Shown piece after piece: positions 40,401 to 55,400 of a stretch of DNA of 64,000 nucleotides. Position 1 is the first letter of the stretch. The number at the start of each line of letters is the position of its first letter. A program made the position numbers and the translations under genes. The DNA lies in contig OZ024742.1 of the NCBI GenBank assembly GCA_964016885.1, positions 232,376,001 to 232,440,000 on the forward strand. Reading direction: 5' to 3'. This DNA is from Eledone cirrhosa (Eukaryota). The notes under the pieces were generated by a model. It worked only from the letters and a program-made list of their open reading frames with translations. It ran no database searches and was not told where the DNA came from.

Positions 40401-43400
40401 AATGTCAACAATTTTGGGGGAGGAGAAAGTCAATTAAATTGACCTCAGTGCATTACTGATGTGTTTTTTATCGACCCCATAAGAATGAAAGGCAAATCTA
40501 GCCTCTGCAGGATTTGAACTCAGATTGTTAAGGGAAGTAACTATATGCTGCAAAGTATGATGTCCGATACCTCCAATCCACCACCTCCCTTAAAACCAGT
40601 AAAATGATAAAAGAATAATAAATTACAAATTTCCTTTGATGTAATATTTATTAGTTTTATGACAGACCATCCAATTATGAGAATGAATAGAATTATATTG
40701 ATTGTGCCACATGAAACGTATTAAATGATTTACAAGGAGACTTCCAAAACATACTTTTCACAATGTATGGAAGACTGAATTATGCAAAATTTGCAATATG
40801 AGTTTTCTTTTACTGGCTTCAGCCATTGGACTGCTGCCATGCTGGGGCACCAGCTTTAAGGGTATTAGCTGATCATATTAATGATTTCTAATTTACGCAC
40901 AAGGTCAACAATTTTTTAGGAAGGGAAAATTGATTAAATTGCCCCCAATGCATTACTGGTACTTTATTTTATTGATCCCTGTAAGGGTGAAAGGTATGGG
41001 ATTTGAACTCAAAATGGAAAAGGCCGTAATTATATGTTGCACAACATGCTGTCCAATGCTCTACCAATACTGCCAATCCACCACTCTCTGATCATATTAA
41101 TGCCAGTAGATAATTTTTAGTCTATTACTTATTTTATCAATCCTATATTTTTCAAATTGCTAAGATATGCTTTGACATAAAATGCACTAAATAGAGAGCG
41201 GGATCAAGTGTCAGCTCGTGACACCTGGAGGTAATTGGCTCCATTTGAATACTGAGCAGTTTGTAACAAAACATCCAACCTTTGCTATCAGGGAAAACAA
41301 AGGCTAAATGATGATTATGATGATGTTAACATTAAATATTATAACGATAAATTAAAAAATTGGAAAATTGAATAATCAAACTTCTTTAATTATTTTGCAT
41401 TTTGTTTATGGTCAAATCACGCTGATAACATTGGTTCTCATATGTATTATATAGCTGTTTTGTTATGTATCTCATCTTATCAATTTTATATTTATAGTAT
41501 CACTATTCTGTTGTATTTTTTTTTCTTCTAAATGATTTGCAAGCAAACTAATTATTGATATATATTTTTTAACCCTTTTGATACTAAACTGTTTGAAACC
41601 ACTCATGATTCTATGATATAAAATTATTTGTTTTAATGTGTTGTGTTTATATTCATCTAAACACCTTCCATCATAATTGCATGTAAGAATCCTTAAGTTT
41701 CAAAAAGTAGCTTAATAAAAAGGAACTTACTTACATTACTAAATCCCTTCAAATTCTCGCTTATTATCAAAATTATTTGAAAACCATAGACAATGTCTTT
41801 CATTAGAAATGTGTTAATGAAAGGGTTAAAAAATTTAAAATATATTTTTTTGCAATGATTCTACAAGTAAGCTGGCTAAAATTAAAAACTAATCAAAATG
41901 CCCTTTTGAAATATTTTTATCAGATTGTGAATATGGTACATTTGGATTAAACTGTACTTACCTTTGTGGATTCTGCAAGGATCAAGTAACTTGTGACTCT
42001 ATAACAGGTCTTTGTCCAAAAAATTATTGTGAAAATGGATGGACTGGAGAAATGTGCACTGAAGGTAAATAAGTAAAAAAAAATAATGAGATGATGGACT
42101 GTTGCTATATTAAATTGTTTATTTATTGAATATTGATATCTTCTTAAATAAGATCTTTCAAAGTATTGATTAGTCTCTGAAACTTTTTAATTAAGTAATG
42201 AATTTTGCTAAATTTTGATAAATTAAAAAAAATTAACTAACTTATTTTTATTAACCCTTTAGCATTTAAACTGGCCGTATCCGGCCAGAATTCTCTCACC
42301 TCTTTCTGTTCAAACCAGCCATAATCTCATACTTATGTTAAGGTATTGTTCTCAAAATAAATAATATCAAAATCTCATAGATTTGATATTATGTGAGATA
42401 ATTATGTAAGATAAAGCCTTTACCATGAAAATACAATATTAGATATGGAATAATGTAAATGCTAAAGGGTTAAATGTATAAAACTTGGAGGAAAATTTAA
42501 CTACCTTCTCAAAATGGAAAACAAATTATTGCTAGAAATTTAATATTTTACTAATTTTTCTTATATTTAGAATGTGAAACTGGCTTGTATGGGTTCAATT
42601 GCTCAACTGTATGTGGCTTTTGTGCCAATAATAAAACGTGCAATTCATTTAATGGAACCTGCCCAGATGGTTGTTTGGGTGGATATACTGGAAGTGTTTG
42701 CGACAGAAGTAAGCCTTTAAAAATTTTATTTTTTCATAATGCTCATTTTACATGAACACCTATTTCATCTGATCATAATCCTAATCATGGTTATTGCCAT
42801 CTTTTTCCTTCTCAGCTCCTACCGACCAGCTTTAGATGTGTTTTACTTTATTATTTTTGTATGTTAACAAAAGTTAGATGAATGTAATTTACCAACTCAG
42901 TTCATTTTTGTTTTATTGTTAACAAACATATACATGGCTGATCTCTTGGACTTTAGCAAAGCACTGAGGTGATAAAGTTAATATAAAGAGTGGTGCAGAG
43001 ATGCTATGAATTGGCTCATAAAATAGAGTAAAGATCCTTAAAGATGGAAAAAGAAGTTGCTAGTAGCCGGTAGTAACAAGGGTCTTCCCCCTATTTTATA
43101 AGCCATTTTATAGAATCTCCATGCAGGGGCACACCACTCTTTATATTATTGTTAATATTTTCTATTAACTACTACTAATTATCAACACACTACACATGTG
43201 CCTTTCTTTCTATCTTATTGAATATTTTTGTTATATCTGTATCCTAGTTTTCTACTTTGTCCTCAACAAACTTTCATTTCACTCAGATTTAGTTTATTAT
43301 ATATTACATTTCATTAATATTATATATTACATTTCATTAATATTATATATTACATTTCATTAATATTATATATTACATTTCATTAATATTATATATTACA

Positions 43401-46400
43401 TTTCATTAATATTATATATTACATTTCATTAATATTATATATTACATTTCATTAATATTATATATTACATTTCATTAATATTATATATTACATTTCATTA
43501 ATATTATATATTACATTTCATTAATATTATATATTACATTTCATTAATATTATATATTACATTTCATTAATATTATATATTACATTTCATTAATATTATA
43601 TATTACATTTCATTAATATTATATATTACATTTCATTAATATTATATATTACATTTCATTAATATTATATATTACATTTCATTAATATTATATATTACAT
43701 TTCATTAATATTATATATTACATTTCATTAATATTATATATTACATTTCATTAATATTATATATTACATTTCAAGGAAATTTATACATAATTCATATAGC
43801 AGCATTATTTTTATTGTTGTCACAAAATATTTTCTACACTCTTTTTCCTATGTATTAATGATCTGATTTCCATCACTTAATAATTGTTTCTACTATTGGC
43901 ACAAGGCCAGCAAATACCCAGTGCATTACTGGTACTTTATTTTATCGACCCCATAAGGATGAAAGGCAAAGTTAACCTCGGCGGGATTTGAACTCAGAAT
44001 GGCAAGGGCCGTAACTCTATGCGTCAAAGCATGGCGTCCGACCCTCTACCGATACTGCCAATCTACCGTTTAATAATGCAGCCTCCTATGCTGCAGATAT
44101 CACTTTTCACCCCCCTTTAACCATCGACATTCAGGCATCACCCATATGAAATCTGTATACCCTGTGTGAAACCTGCTCTTCCTCTATGAACAGGGACCTT
44201 GAAAACTTCCTCCAATAACATTGTGATAATCTAATTCCCTTCAACAGCACAAAGAAACATTGCTTATATTGCTTATATTAAGAAAAGTTTTCTACTTCAC
44301 ACTCTTGATCCATAAACATGCAATTAAAACCTTCAAAGTTACTGCAAATCATGTTACCTGGTAACTCCACATGCATAATATCATCCCAAATACTAATCAT
44401 CGCAAATACTAATCATTATATTCAGAGAGTCGGACACCATGCTTTGAAGCATAGAGTTACGTCCCTTTATGATCTGAGTTCAAATCCCGCCGAGGTTAAC
44501 TTTGCCTTTCATCCTTACGGGGTTGATAAAATAAAGTACCAGTAATACACTGGAATAATTGCTGGCCTTGTGCCAAAAGTAGAAAATTATATTCAGGATA
44601 TAAAAATACTTCAGCACTGAACAGCTCAAATGATTCTCATAATGACATACTGCTCCCAAATCTTGGATAGTGCTGCTACACACACAAACACCCTAGACTG
44701 CATCCAAAAGAAGGCCATCTTTATCCACTGCAACGTCTGGCCTACAGGCATCATCTCCTTTCTCTACTTCTTCTGACCCCTGCTCCTCCAAACCAACTAA
44801 GTGCATACCACCTCTGTCTAGGTCCACTTGACAGTTGTATTGTTTTCATTAGTCTCAGAAGTCTTGTGATGGTCTGAGCATTGTCCCTTCCTTTATAAAA
44901 ATAAATAATTGTTTCTACATTTGGCACAAGGCCAGCAATTCCCCAGTGCATTACTGGTACTTTATTTTATCGACCCCGTAAGGATGAAAGGCAAAGTTAA
45001 CCTTGACGGGATTTGAACTCAGACCGTAAAGGGACATAATTATGCTGGAAAGCATGGTGTCCGACCCTCTACCGATACTGCCAATCCAAATAATGAAAGA
45101 GTTAAAGTAATTGTATTTATATATTTAATTTTATTGCAATTCATTAACTTTAAGAAGAATTAACAAGTTAATAAATTTTTCAGGAATACTGGCGGAAGAT
45201 TACCGAAACCTTATGAAAAATTTGGCCATAGCTCTAGCAGTTTTTACTGGATTATTCACCTTCACTTGCATTATCTTAATGGCTATTATGCTATTAGTGA
45301 GTAAAAAGAAAAAGGATAAAGAAATAATTACACGTGATGATGAAGTACCAGAAGTAATTGATGACAAGGTATGTTGACAAACCAAATTTCTCTACCTGTC
45401 TTTTTCATTTCTGCCTTGTTTTTGTTTTTTATATATTCATATATAATCAATATAATCGAAGAGCATTGGATTAAATTCCTTAGTATTTGTTCTTGCTTAC
45501 TGTGCTCTGAGTTTAATTCCCATTGGGGTCAACTTCTCCTTTCAACCATTCAAGGTCGTCATCATCGTTGTCATCTTCTTCTTCTTCTTCTTCTTCTTCT
45601 TCTTCTTCTTCTTCTTCTTCTCCTTCTCCTTCTCCTCCTCCTCCTTCCACTTATTCTTGAGAGGGTCATAGGAGCAGAGTCCTCAAACACTCCTTCCAGC
45701 AGATCCTGTCAGAAGCAACCATCTTCAATTGATCCGGCTGGATCCCCAAGTAAAACCAACTAAGCTCATGGATGTTATCCAACCATCTATCTTGTTTGGG
45801 GGTCTACCCCTAGGTTTCCTGCCAGCTGATTTTGCCTGTAAAATCTGTCCAGAGAAGTTTTGCTATTTTCGAGAAAACAAGAAGTTGTACACACTTGTTT
45901 TAGTGTGAAGAGACTTTACTGGGGGGGGGGGGGGGGGGGGATTTTTCCAAATCATATAGATAAGAATTAATCAATGAACAAAACACTGTAATTTAAATGT
46001 TTATTTTTTGTAACATGATTTACTTCAAAATCATATGCAACTATGAACAACAGAAAAACATGCAAGTATAGATTGCAGTGTGTTATGTGTGCATATTGTA
46101 GTAGATTTTACCAACCTGGTAGAAAACTCAGCTAGTGCCAATTCCAGCAGGGCTGGTTATCAAGCATGTGTGTCTACTTTGCTAGGCTGGCTAAACAAAC
46201 TATCTGTATTTTTTTTTAATTGAAAAAGAAACTAAATCTGGGGGTTGAAATCTCTTGTATACATAAGATTTAGGTCACCCAGAAACAGTAAACAGATGAC
46301 CTTTTCTACTGTCCTCTTTTTGGAAACTCTGGCACTGTGAGCCATCTACAAGAGAATATTATCTACATATATTTTTTGCTCTGAGGTCATGTGTCAGTCT

Positions 46401-49400
46401 TTTAGTGGTCGTATGTGGCAGGCCAAGAAAGTAATTGTGGGAAAAATATGTTGGTGTTGCTACACACACAACAAACACACAAACACACACGTATTACTGA
46501 ATTTCTTTTTTTATTATTACTTACAGCAAGAGTTGATAATTCCACAGACTAAACACCAATTGATTACCATTGGAGAGTTAGTAGTTGGTATTACTGATAG
46601 GAAATTAAACACTGGTTGTTTTGGGGATATTTGGAAAGCAAGAAGTTTAAGTAGTTGGGATAATACTACTGAAGTAGCCTTACTTATTGTTAAAGGTAAG
46701 AAATTTATTTAATTTGTAATATCATTCTATTTTTATTTTATTTTTCATCATTTATAAAACTCCATTAATAAGTTATAATCATAGTTACTGCTAATATGCA
46801 TGTCATTACTACTTATCATTTTAAAGGGCGGTGGATTGGCAGTATGGTAGAGCATCAAACACCATGCTTTGCAGCATAGTTATGGCCCTTTACGTTCTGA
46901 GTTCAAATTTCGCTGAGATTAATTTTGCCTTTCATCCTTACTGGGTTGATAAAATAAAGCACCAGTAATACACTAGGGTATTTGCTGGCCTTGTGCCAAA
47001 AGTAGAAACAATTATCTTATGCTTGTTCTTGTTTATTCTGTCATAAATGAAATATATCAATTATGATCAGTTTTACTATCATATTTCATTTCTCTCCCTA
47101 AATTTGAGTCTCAAATTTATGTTTCTATTTTTATCAGTCGTCTCTTTTTAATATCTGGATAGAAGTGTAAACCAACCTAGGGCACATTGTTTGAGAATGA
47201 TGGAAGGGACATTGTCAGGGTTGCTGGCGTTGTCAGTTAGAAGGACACAGAGGTATTTTTGCACTTGGTGTGTATATGTGTATGGTGGTGAGCCAGGTGG
47301 ATCGGAAGGAGATAGTCTTAAAGGAGGTTTACTTAGCATGCAATATGGAATAGGACACAAAGCATGCTGCAAATGTTGAGGTTCTCTTTGCAATAGCCTT
47401 GCTCAGAACCACTGTAGCTGGGTAGTGAAGGAAAAGTACATTGCACAAAGTTAGTAGAGATTCTTTTGGCAACGGACTAAAAGGATCAACTATAGTTTTG
47501 GGAAGTGAGGTAACATGCAAGCTGTGTCATATACACAGGCATCTTTTGTAGTTTGGAAAATGCTCTGGTAGGAGTTGTAGTGCTAAATAAATACTTTCTG
47601 GTTCATAAGGGCAGGTGATTTTCTCTAAAAATTCTAAACTATGCATAGCTATGAGTGAACTATTTGCTAGACTTGGATTGTGAGTTTTTTGTTGTGTGCT
47701 GTATGTAGAGGACATTGCCTCAAAGGTTAGTTTCAGTGACATATGTAGCTGGTTCTTCTGGCTTAGGAGTGAAGTTAATGGGCTGCCAGGGTTAGAATGG
47801 ACCTCCATCAGTTTCAACAACGCCTTCCAGTTGTCCTATAAATGGAATAGCCTGCTCATGAAATTAATGTGTAAGTGTTCGAGCATCCCACAGACATGTG
47901 TATCCTTAATGTAATTCTCAAGGAGATTTAGTGTGACACAGTTTGTAACAAAGCTGGGCCTTTTGAATTACAGATACGGTCCATCTGACGAGTTTCCAAA
48001 TGGGTTCCATCTACCCAGTTTCACCCAGAAGGCTTGCTGAGGCAATGATAAATGACATGTGTCCCAAATTCTATGCAGTGGGATAGAACCTTAAACTTAA
48101 TGATTATAAAGTAAATGTTGCCAAGAATAGTTAGCATAAAACTGGCAAAGCTCCTGCCAGTCAGCTGACTTGATGTGCCATAGAATCTGTGAGGTGGAAG
48201 GCATTGTCTAGTGGGTGTGTTGTAGGTAGCCACAACACCACAGTGGCTTAATAGGTGCACAAGAGGTATGGTAAAGGTTAGATTTGGATGTAAAAAAGAT
48301 ATTAAGGGTGTTTAGTGTGTATCTGTATCAGTCAAAGATATATGTAGGGGATGATAAGAACTCTCTAGATATAATTAGTTTGGTGTAGTGCTAGTATAGC
48401 TGAGGCTTTAATTGAGGGAAGGGTAGAATGGTTTTCTTCTTTTTTAAGGTATGTTATATAGGTAAATTATGTTTTGTTGCAGAGGGTATAATATGTCTAC
48501 ATTAATTTTAGTTTTGCTTGCACTGTTTAATTAGTTTATATGAGTGTTTTATGGTGTTAAATGGTTTAAAGGTGATTAATTAATTGTATTAACCATGGAT
48601 TTGTAGCTGAGCAGTTGTGTTTCATATGGTGGGTCATTCATATAGCCTTATTGTATTCATTTTCGTTTATTTTGATGTTGGGTGGGTTACAAGAGAAATA
48701 ATTGTATATATATATAACTGTAACTCTCTTCAACTAATGTAGACAATCAAAGATTGTGAAAGATTCAGCTTCTGCACTGCAATATGTGGCAAGAGTGTAA
48801 GATGAGTGACAGAAAAGAGGAGTGAAATGAGATAGATGTCATCAATGTAAGAAGAGATATTCAGACTGTAAGAAATAAGAGTTGTGAACATTAAAGTCAC
48901 TGAGTATGATAATTCTAGAAACAAGTGAAGTGAGACTGAAGTCCTCAATGTAAGAAGAGATATTTCTCCACTTTGTATTATTCATTTTCATCAGTCTAAA
49001 CCACTGTTGTTGTGTTTCAAGTCTTATTTTTCAAACTTCAATGTTAGTTGGTAGGTTAAATATTTTATTTTATTAATTTTGATTACAGTTTGTATTTACT
49101 ATTGCGATAATTATATTTTCCATTTATCTTACTTCATAGATGGTTTATCTGATGATGAAAGAGGAGACTTAAAGGAGGCAAAAGCTATGGCTGAAGCTCT
49201 AGGACAGCATCCTAACATTCTCAGTTTTATAACTGATGCTGTAGCTAATGGTATGTTATTTTTTACATGAATTTATATTTTTTCTACTGATCTAAAATTG
49301 TAGTCCTTTGTTATCATATGACCAAAATTTCTGGAGAGTTCTTAATGTAGCCAAAATAGTATCTAATATGGGTGCATAAACTCTGAATTGAAAATGTATT

Positions 49401-52400
49401 TAAATGAATGGGGGGGGGGGGGGGTATTTGATGATAACAAGACAAGGCCACTTCCTTAGAACACCCAAAGGTAGGGTGAGTCTATTCTACAAGTCAAAGG
49501 AAGAAGGGTAGTATCCACAACACTTTTCAGGTTTCCAAGACTAGTAAGTAATGTATCATTAGGCCAAACCACCTGAAATTGGCTGTGGTTCTATGAATAA
49601 AACCACCCACTTTAAAATGTTCCTATTTAAATAAAATCTTCCAACATAATTTTACATCAGAACAGTATGTTAAATTATTGTATTAGTAATGAAATAATTA
49701 GTAATTCTAGCAAATCACTCAAAATTGTTCATTAGTTAATTGGAATAGTGTATTTCATTATTAATATGGTCGTCAAAGAGCTAAAGATGATTAGTCAGAT
49801 ATTGTTGTCAAGGATAAACATGAAAGCAAATGCCTGTGAATTGAAGTATTACTTCTAGCAGATGATAATGTATCTCTCAAAGAAATGGAGTAATTATCCA
49901 AATATAAAGAGCTAGAAATAAATATAACCTGATTGAATGGGTTGAAAGCAAAAACACAATGAATACATATCTATATAGGGGAAGGGTTAGAAGACATGCA
50001 GAAAAATATATAGCCCAAATCCCAACATTTACAAGTAAGCACATATACCGAAAATTGTACCACCAGGTATTGCACATTTATTATGTCGCATACTGTCCAT
50101 ACAAAATCCAAACAAAACACTGTACATACTACCCTAGGCCCACAGAGCTGTGCAGTGAAAGCATATAAAGAAAATTTTTTTTTGTATGAGTATCTATATA
50201 AATTTTTACATCATGTTAATCTAACAAACTTGATTTTTTTTTCTCTTTGGCTGAATCACTTTTTCTATTATACTTTTATTCATTATTTGTTCATTAAAAT
50301 TTATAATTTACTTAAGTAATTAACGTTTTTAATATTTCCAAGATCGGCACTACATAGCCCTGGATTATGCTGAAAGTGGAGATTTAAGATCCTACTTGTT
50401 AAAGATGCGCAAAGGAACAGACAAAGAACCCAATGTTCTTGTTTTCTTCCAAGTGAAGTTGCTGTATATTGCTGCTGAGATTGCTTGCGGCTTGCTATAT
50501 CTTTCCAACCACCAGGTATTATTAAATTTATTGTCTTGCATCTATTTTTCTATACCAATACCAACATGTTCTTCAGTTGGTTTCAAATATTATAGTTCTG
50601 GTTATCCTGAAATGTTAAAGTGCTATACAGAATGCTCTAGTGTTTTTGTCATCCTCGGCCAGGCTTGTAAGGCAGTGATGGGAGTGGAGGAAGCTACATG
50701 TTTCTTGCCAAGGAAGGGAGTGAGGGAGAGAGGTGGCCTAGAAAAGAGTCAGTGATGTCTGGCTGTACATGGGTGTATACATGCTGGCTTGGTTGGTCAA
50801 AGACAGAAGTGGAGAGGAATCTGCTGAGGGAATGTTTATAAAAGAAAGTGTATGTTTTATGAAGAGTACCTGGAAGCTAGCAAGAAGGAATTATTAACCA
50901 CAAGTTTGAGTTGATGATATTCATTACTGATTGATACCCCACCTCTCACAAATAAAAACTGTTGATTGCTTTTCAATACACTAACATATTATCACCATCA
51001 TCATTTTACGTCCGCTTTTCCCTGCTTGCAAGGGTGGGACGGAAACTGGTTCTGGCTTGATTTCTACAGCTGGATGCCCTTCCTAACACCAACCTCATTT
51101 ACAGTGAGTGCTGGGTGCTTTTTTGCCGTGGCACCTCCACGTCCACTTTACAGTGGAATGATATGGACCCCAGTCCCTATCATCTCATTTCTACAGCTGA
51201 GTAAACCGGAGCAATGTGAAATAAAGTGTCTTGCTCAAGGAAACAACACATCACCCGGTCTGAGAATTGAACTCACAACCTTTTGATTGCAAGGCCAATG
51301 CTCTAACCACTAAGCCACGTGCCTCTCATATATTGTTGGATATTGTTCAGTAACTACTGTCACTAAGAACAATAATTTCTATGTTTTATTCTATGATGTT
51401 GTACTCCTCTTGTTTGTATGTTCATACTAATTATTTATTTTCAGACAATCCATGGGAATTTATGTGCTCAGAACATATACCTTGATGAGATATTACGTGC
51501 CAAAATTGGGGGCTTTGGTTTTACAAAACCAGCAGTAATGAAGGTATGCATTTATTATATATAGGGTTTCTCTCTCAAATTTGTCATTATCAATTTCATT
51601 ACCTTCAATGTCAAATGTGTTATAAAATTATTTAATGTAAATAATTTGATCAACATCGGCCTGACTTTGTTATTGAAGATGATTGTACTGAATTTTTTAG
51701 AAATAATGAATAAATGGTTAAGCTAATGTCATTCACTTTTGTCTTTGCCATGTAGTACACTATGTGGTTTTATATGTATTTATATTTACGGTAATGTCGA
51801 GTGTGATGTTTTTTAAAATAAAAAACTTGTAATCCTTCGCAAAATTTTTATATTTCTACAATTCTGTGACAAGTTATCACGGATATCAAAGTTCGTTACA
51901 TCACACTTCATGATAAAAAAATTCACTCCATCCTAGAGTAATGATGAAATTGAAGATAATGAAATTAAATTTGACAAAAAAATTAAGTTGGCAAAATTGA
52001 AATTGACAATAATAAAATTTGGATCGACGATGTTGAAATTGACATTGATGATAATGAAATTGAGGGGGAACCCTGTAAGATATTTCATTTCTTCTAGTAA
52101 CCGAAAAAAAAAAAAAAATAAATAAATGAAATAATAACTTAACCAGTGTCAGATGGATTTTATGAATAAGTTAAGACATTCCAATCATATATTATATTAT
52201 ATTTTATTTCATAAATGTTTTCTGCTCTACCTTTAAAAATGTTCAACTCCATTACCATGCCTTTCTCTCTCCTTTTTTCTCTTTCTCCCTTGAACTTTGA
52301 TGGTGTGGGCCCCCATCCCCCTCTATATCAGAATCAGTATTGTCTTACACTCTTCTCAAAAAAAAAAAAAAAGACTTGAATGACATCAGACAGATTTTAC

Positions 52401-55400
52401 GAATGAATTAAGACATTCCAATTGTAGCGGATAAGTTGTATTCTTTGTGTGGTAGTTTTGATGAAAAGAATAATGCCATGAGTGAGTTGTTAACAATATT
52501 TATTTTGATAATAACAATATTTGACTTGAACACTGAGTAATAAAATTTATGACATGAATATATCTGTACAGTAAATTGGTAGCTGCTACGAGCTATGTGG
52601 ATGCCTGTATCAGAGAAGACTATATAGTATGAGTTGTCTTACAGATACAATATTACAGGTAGAATAGGATGAGAGTATAATATAACAATATGAACTTACA
52701 ATGCGTGTGTGTGCCTATTCTTAGAAGATCTTATTCTCATAGTAGTAATGGTGAATCTGTCAGGCAGGCATGGCTGGCTGTCTGGCCGAGGAGGTAAGCC
52801 AGTAAGGGCCAGGAGAAAGATAGAGTGAAAGGTCTATTGATGCTACATTGATATCTTCTTGAATGCTGCTTTGATTCTTCTCCTTTGGTTCCCTAAGTCC
52901 TTGTATTTATAATAAGTGCTAAAGTTAGAAGGATGGATATATGAGGTTGATTTATGGTCTAGCCTGTGGTTAGCATCTCCCAATTGGGGTCACAGGTCAA
53001 ATGGAATGTATATTTATCATCGTTGTCTTGACAGGACAATGGCGAGAACTTCCAACGATAGATTGTTCCAAAGACGGGAAAATTCAGATTCGGTTTTGAA
53101 TCTTCGCCAGTAAAACATAGGAGTATTCCGTTATACAGTCATATCTTATTGTATCTTATATCCTATTTCATAAATGCTTCTTTTCCTCTAACTTGCCTTT
53201 TACTGAAAACTTCACCCTAACAATGTGTTTATATCCCACCCTTTCATCCCCTCTCGATCACCTTCTGGTTTGTTGCTTTACAAACATACCCTTTCACATG
53301 ACAAATGTCAATTCCCTACTTTGTGGACTGTAACAACACTTAGAAAAGTGAATGAGGGATTCTTAAGATATTTCAGTTGGTGGCTTGTCTAGGAGGGTGG
53401 TGCCTCCAGATAAGAATGACTACACGAAGCAGATATGAGTTCTATAAGCTATGGCAAAGGAAACCATTCTTGGAGAGCAGTGATTCTGAATTAAAAATGA
53501 CTGCACGGGGTAGACATAGACCTCGTAAGATGGAGTGAAGACAACCTGTCTAGGAGGGCAGTGATTCCATGCTTGCATCCATTAGATGGATAATTACGTG
53601 TTCTGGCTTGTTGTATCCTGGTCAGATGACCACGTTCTGCTCATACACTTTGTTTTGGTATGGTTTCTACAGTTGGATGCCCTTCCTAACACCAACCACT
53701 TTACAATGTGTACTGGCAGCATTTTACTGTGACTCTGGTACTGCCATCTTACAAGGTGAACTGGGTGCTTTTCATCATGGCACCAGCACTACTATCTTAA
53801 AGGGAAGGCTTTTTGACATGGCACCAACGTCCCCACCTTGCAAAGGGAAGCTGGTGTTTTTCGTCAAGGCACCAGCACTACCCCTTTACAACACTAGGAT
53901 GCTCAGTATCCTTTAAATCCTATTTATTAAAGTCATTTTCACCTTAACATACTATTTCTATTGAGGCTATCAGGACTATTTCTTGTTCATAATAAATAAT
54001 GTTCAAGTGAAATATTTTGAAAGTTTTCATTGTTTAAAACTAAAATATTATACTGTAAGAAATTGTTGTTCATTTATTCATTGTTTTATTATAGGATGAA
54101 TATAAATGGCAAGCTATTGAAACACTGAAAACAGGTTGGACAAGTACTATGAGTGACTTGTAAGTGGAATCTTAAATATGTGTTTTTTTTACATGTTAAT
54201 ATTAACTTTTAACATTCTTTAATGATTCAGCAGAAAATATCTAAATAATGAGCTTGTTAATTCATATGTTTATAGTACTTTTATTAGTTGACAGATCATT
54301 GTGAAAATGTGTTAGAGTAAATACTTTAATTTTTATTGTAATGCAGTCATAGCACTGTTTTATACTTTTCAAGAATGTATTGACCATGCTGTTTGATGTG
54401 GTACAGGACGTTAAGTGTTAAATATACTGAATTAGCATATTTCATGATACTGTGTTCTAAATGCACACTGCTAGATCCCAATTCTCAGAAGGGCAATAGC
54501 TTTAAGCCTGCCAAGTGTTGAGTGCAACGGTGATTGAAAGTATAAACAATCACCTCATTAATTACCTTAAAAGTTTTTCCCTTTTTAGTGACCATGAGTA
54601 TGGCTTTTTAAGAACCAGATCTATGGGAGACCTGTTCTGTGTCATGAATCAATAATCTCTCATTCTTAGGAGCTTTGCCTAAAGCAGTGTTGAGTTCTTG
54701 ACACCAGCCAAGTCTTTGACCATATAAAAAAGGAGTACCTCAATTTTTTCAAAAATGTTATCTTCTTTGATAAGAATTTTCTTCATTCCAAATGACTATC
54801 ATAGTTCTGAGATGAAATTTGAAGTTCATGGATGATTACCTGCAACTGACAAGCAGATTTAGGGGTAATGGCACAATGGGGTCTGATGTGTTTCATCAAT
54901 TTATGAATTGGGCCACTCATTATCTGCAATTAAAATATTACTATTATATTACAAGAAAGAAATTTAACTTGAGTATCTTCCTTTTATACATGAATTGACA
55001 CAAACCATGATTGGCAACATACCAACAGGAATATCATTTTGCTCATTCTGCAAAATTAAATAAAATGCTTCTTTAAAATCAGGAAACTGAGATTTGGTTT
55101 TTAGCTGGAAGTGTTTTCATAACTGAAGTCTATTTATATCAGATTGATAAATGAGCACTATATATTTTTATCAAGAGTTAGCACCAGGAAGAACATCAGG
55201 CTATAAAGGAATTCCACAAAAGTCCATTTATGAGTATGAAGCTTGTCATTGAGTCTGTAGGGCTAACCTCCGCTGTAACAGGGAAAATAATCTAAAATAC
55301 TTACTATTGTGTTGATGGATATTGGTTCAAATTAAAAAGAGTAAATGACCACAAAATAATCCTGCAATAGGAACTAATTTAAGATTTAAATATAAAGCGG

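Noticed and set aside
43296-43773. CRISPR-like periodicity (also 8383-8630 and 11968-12170)
   Set aside because: Head-to-tail units with no unique spacers, no cas genes and a eukaryotic context.
45921-45939. Long G/C homopolymers (also about 3750, 15799 and 49410) as G-quadruplex elements
   Set aside because: Simple homopolymers with unreliable lengths and no evidence of function.
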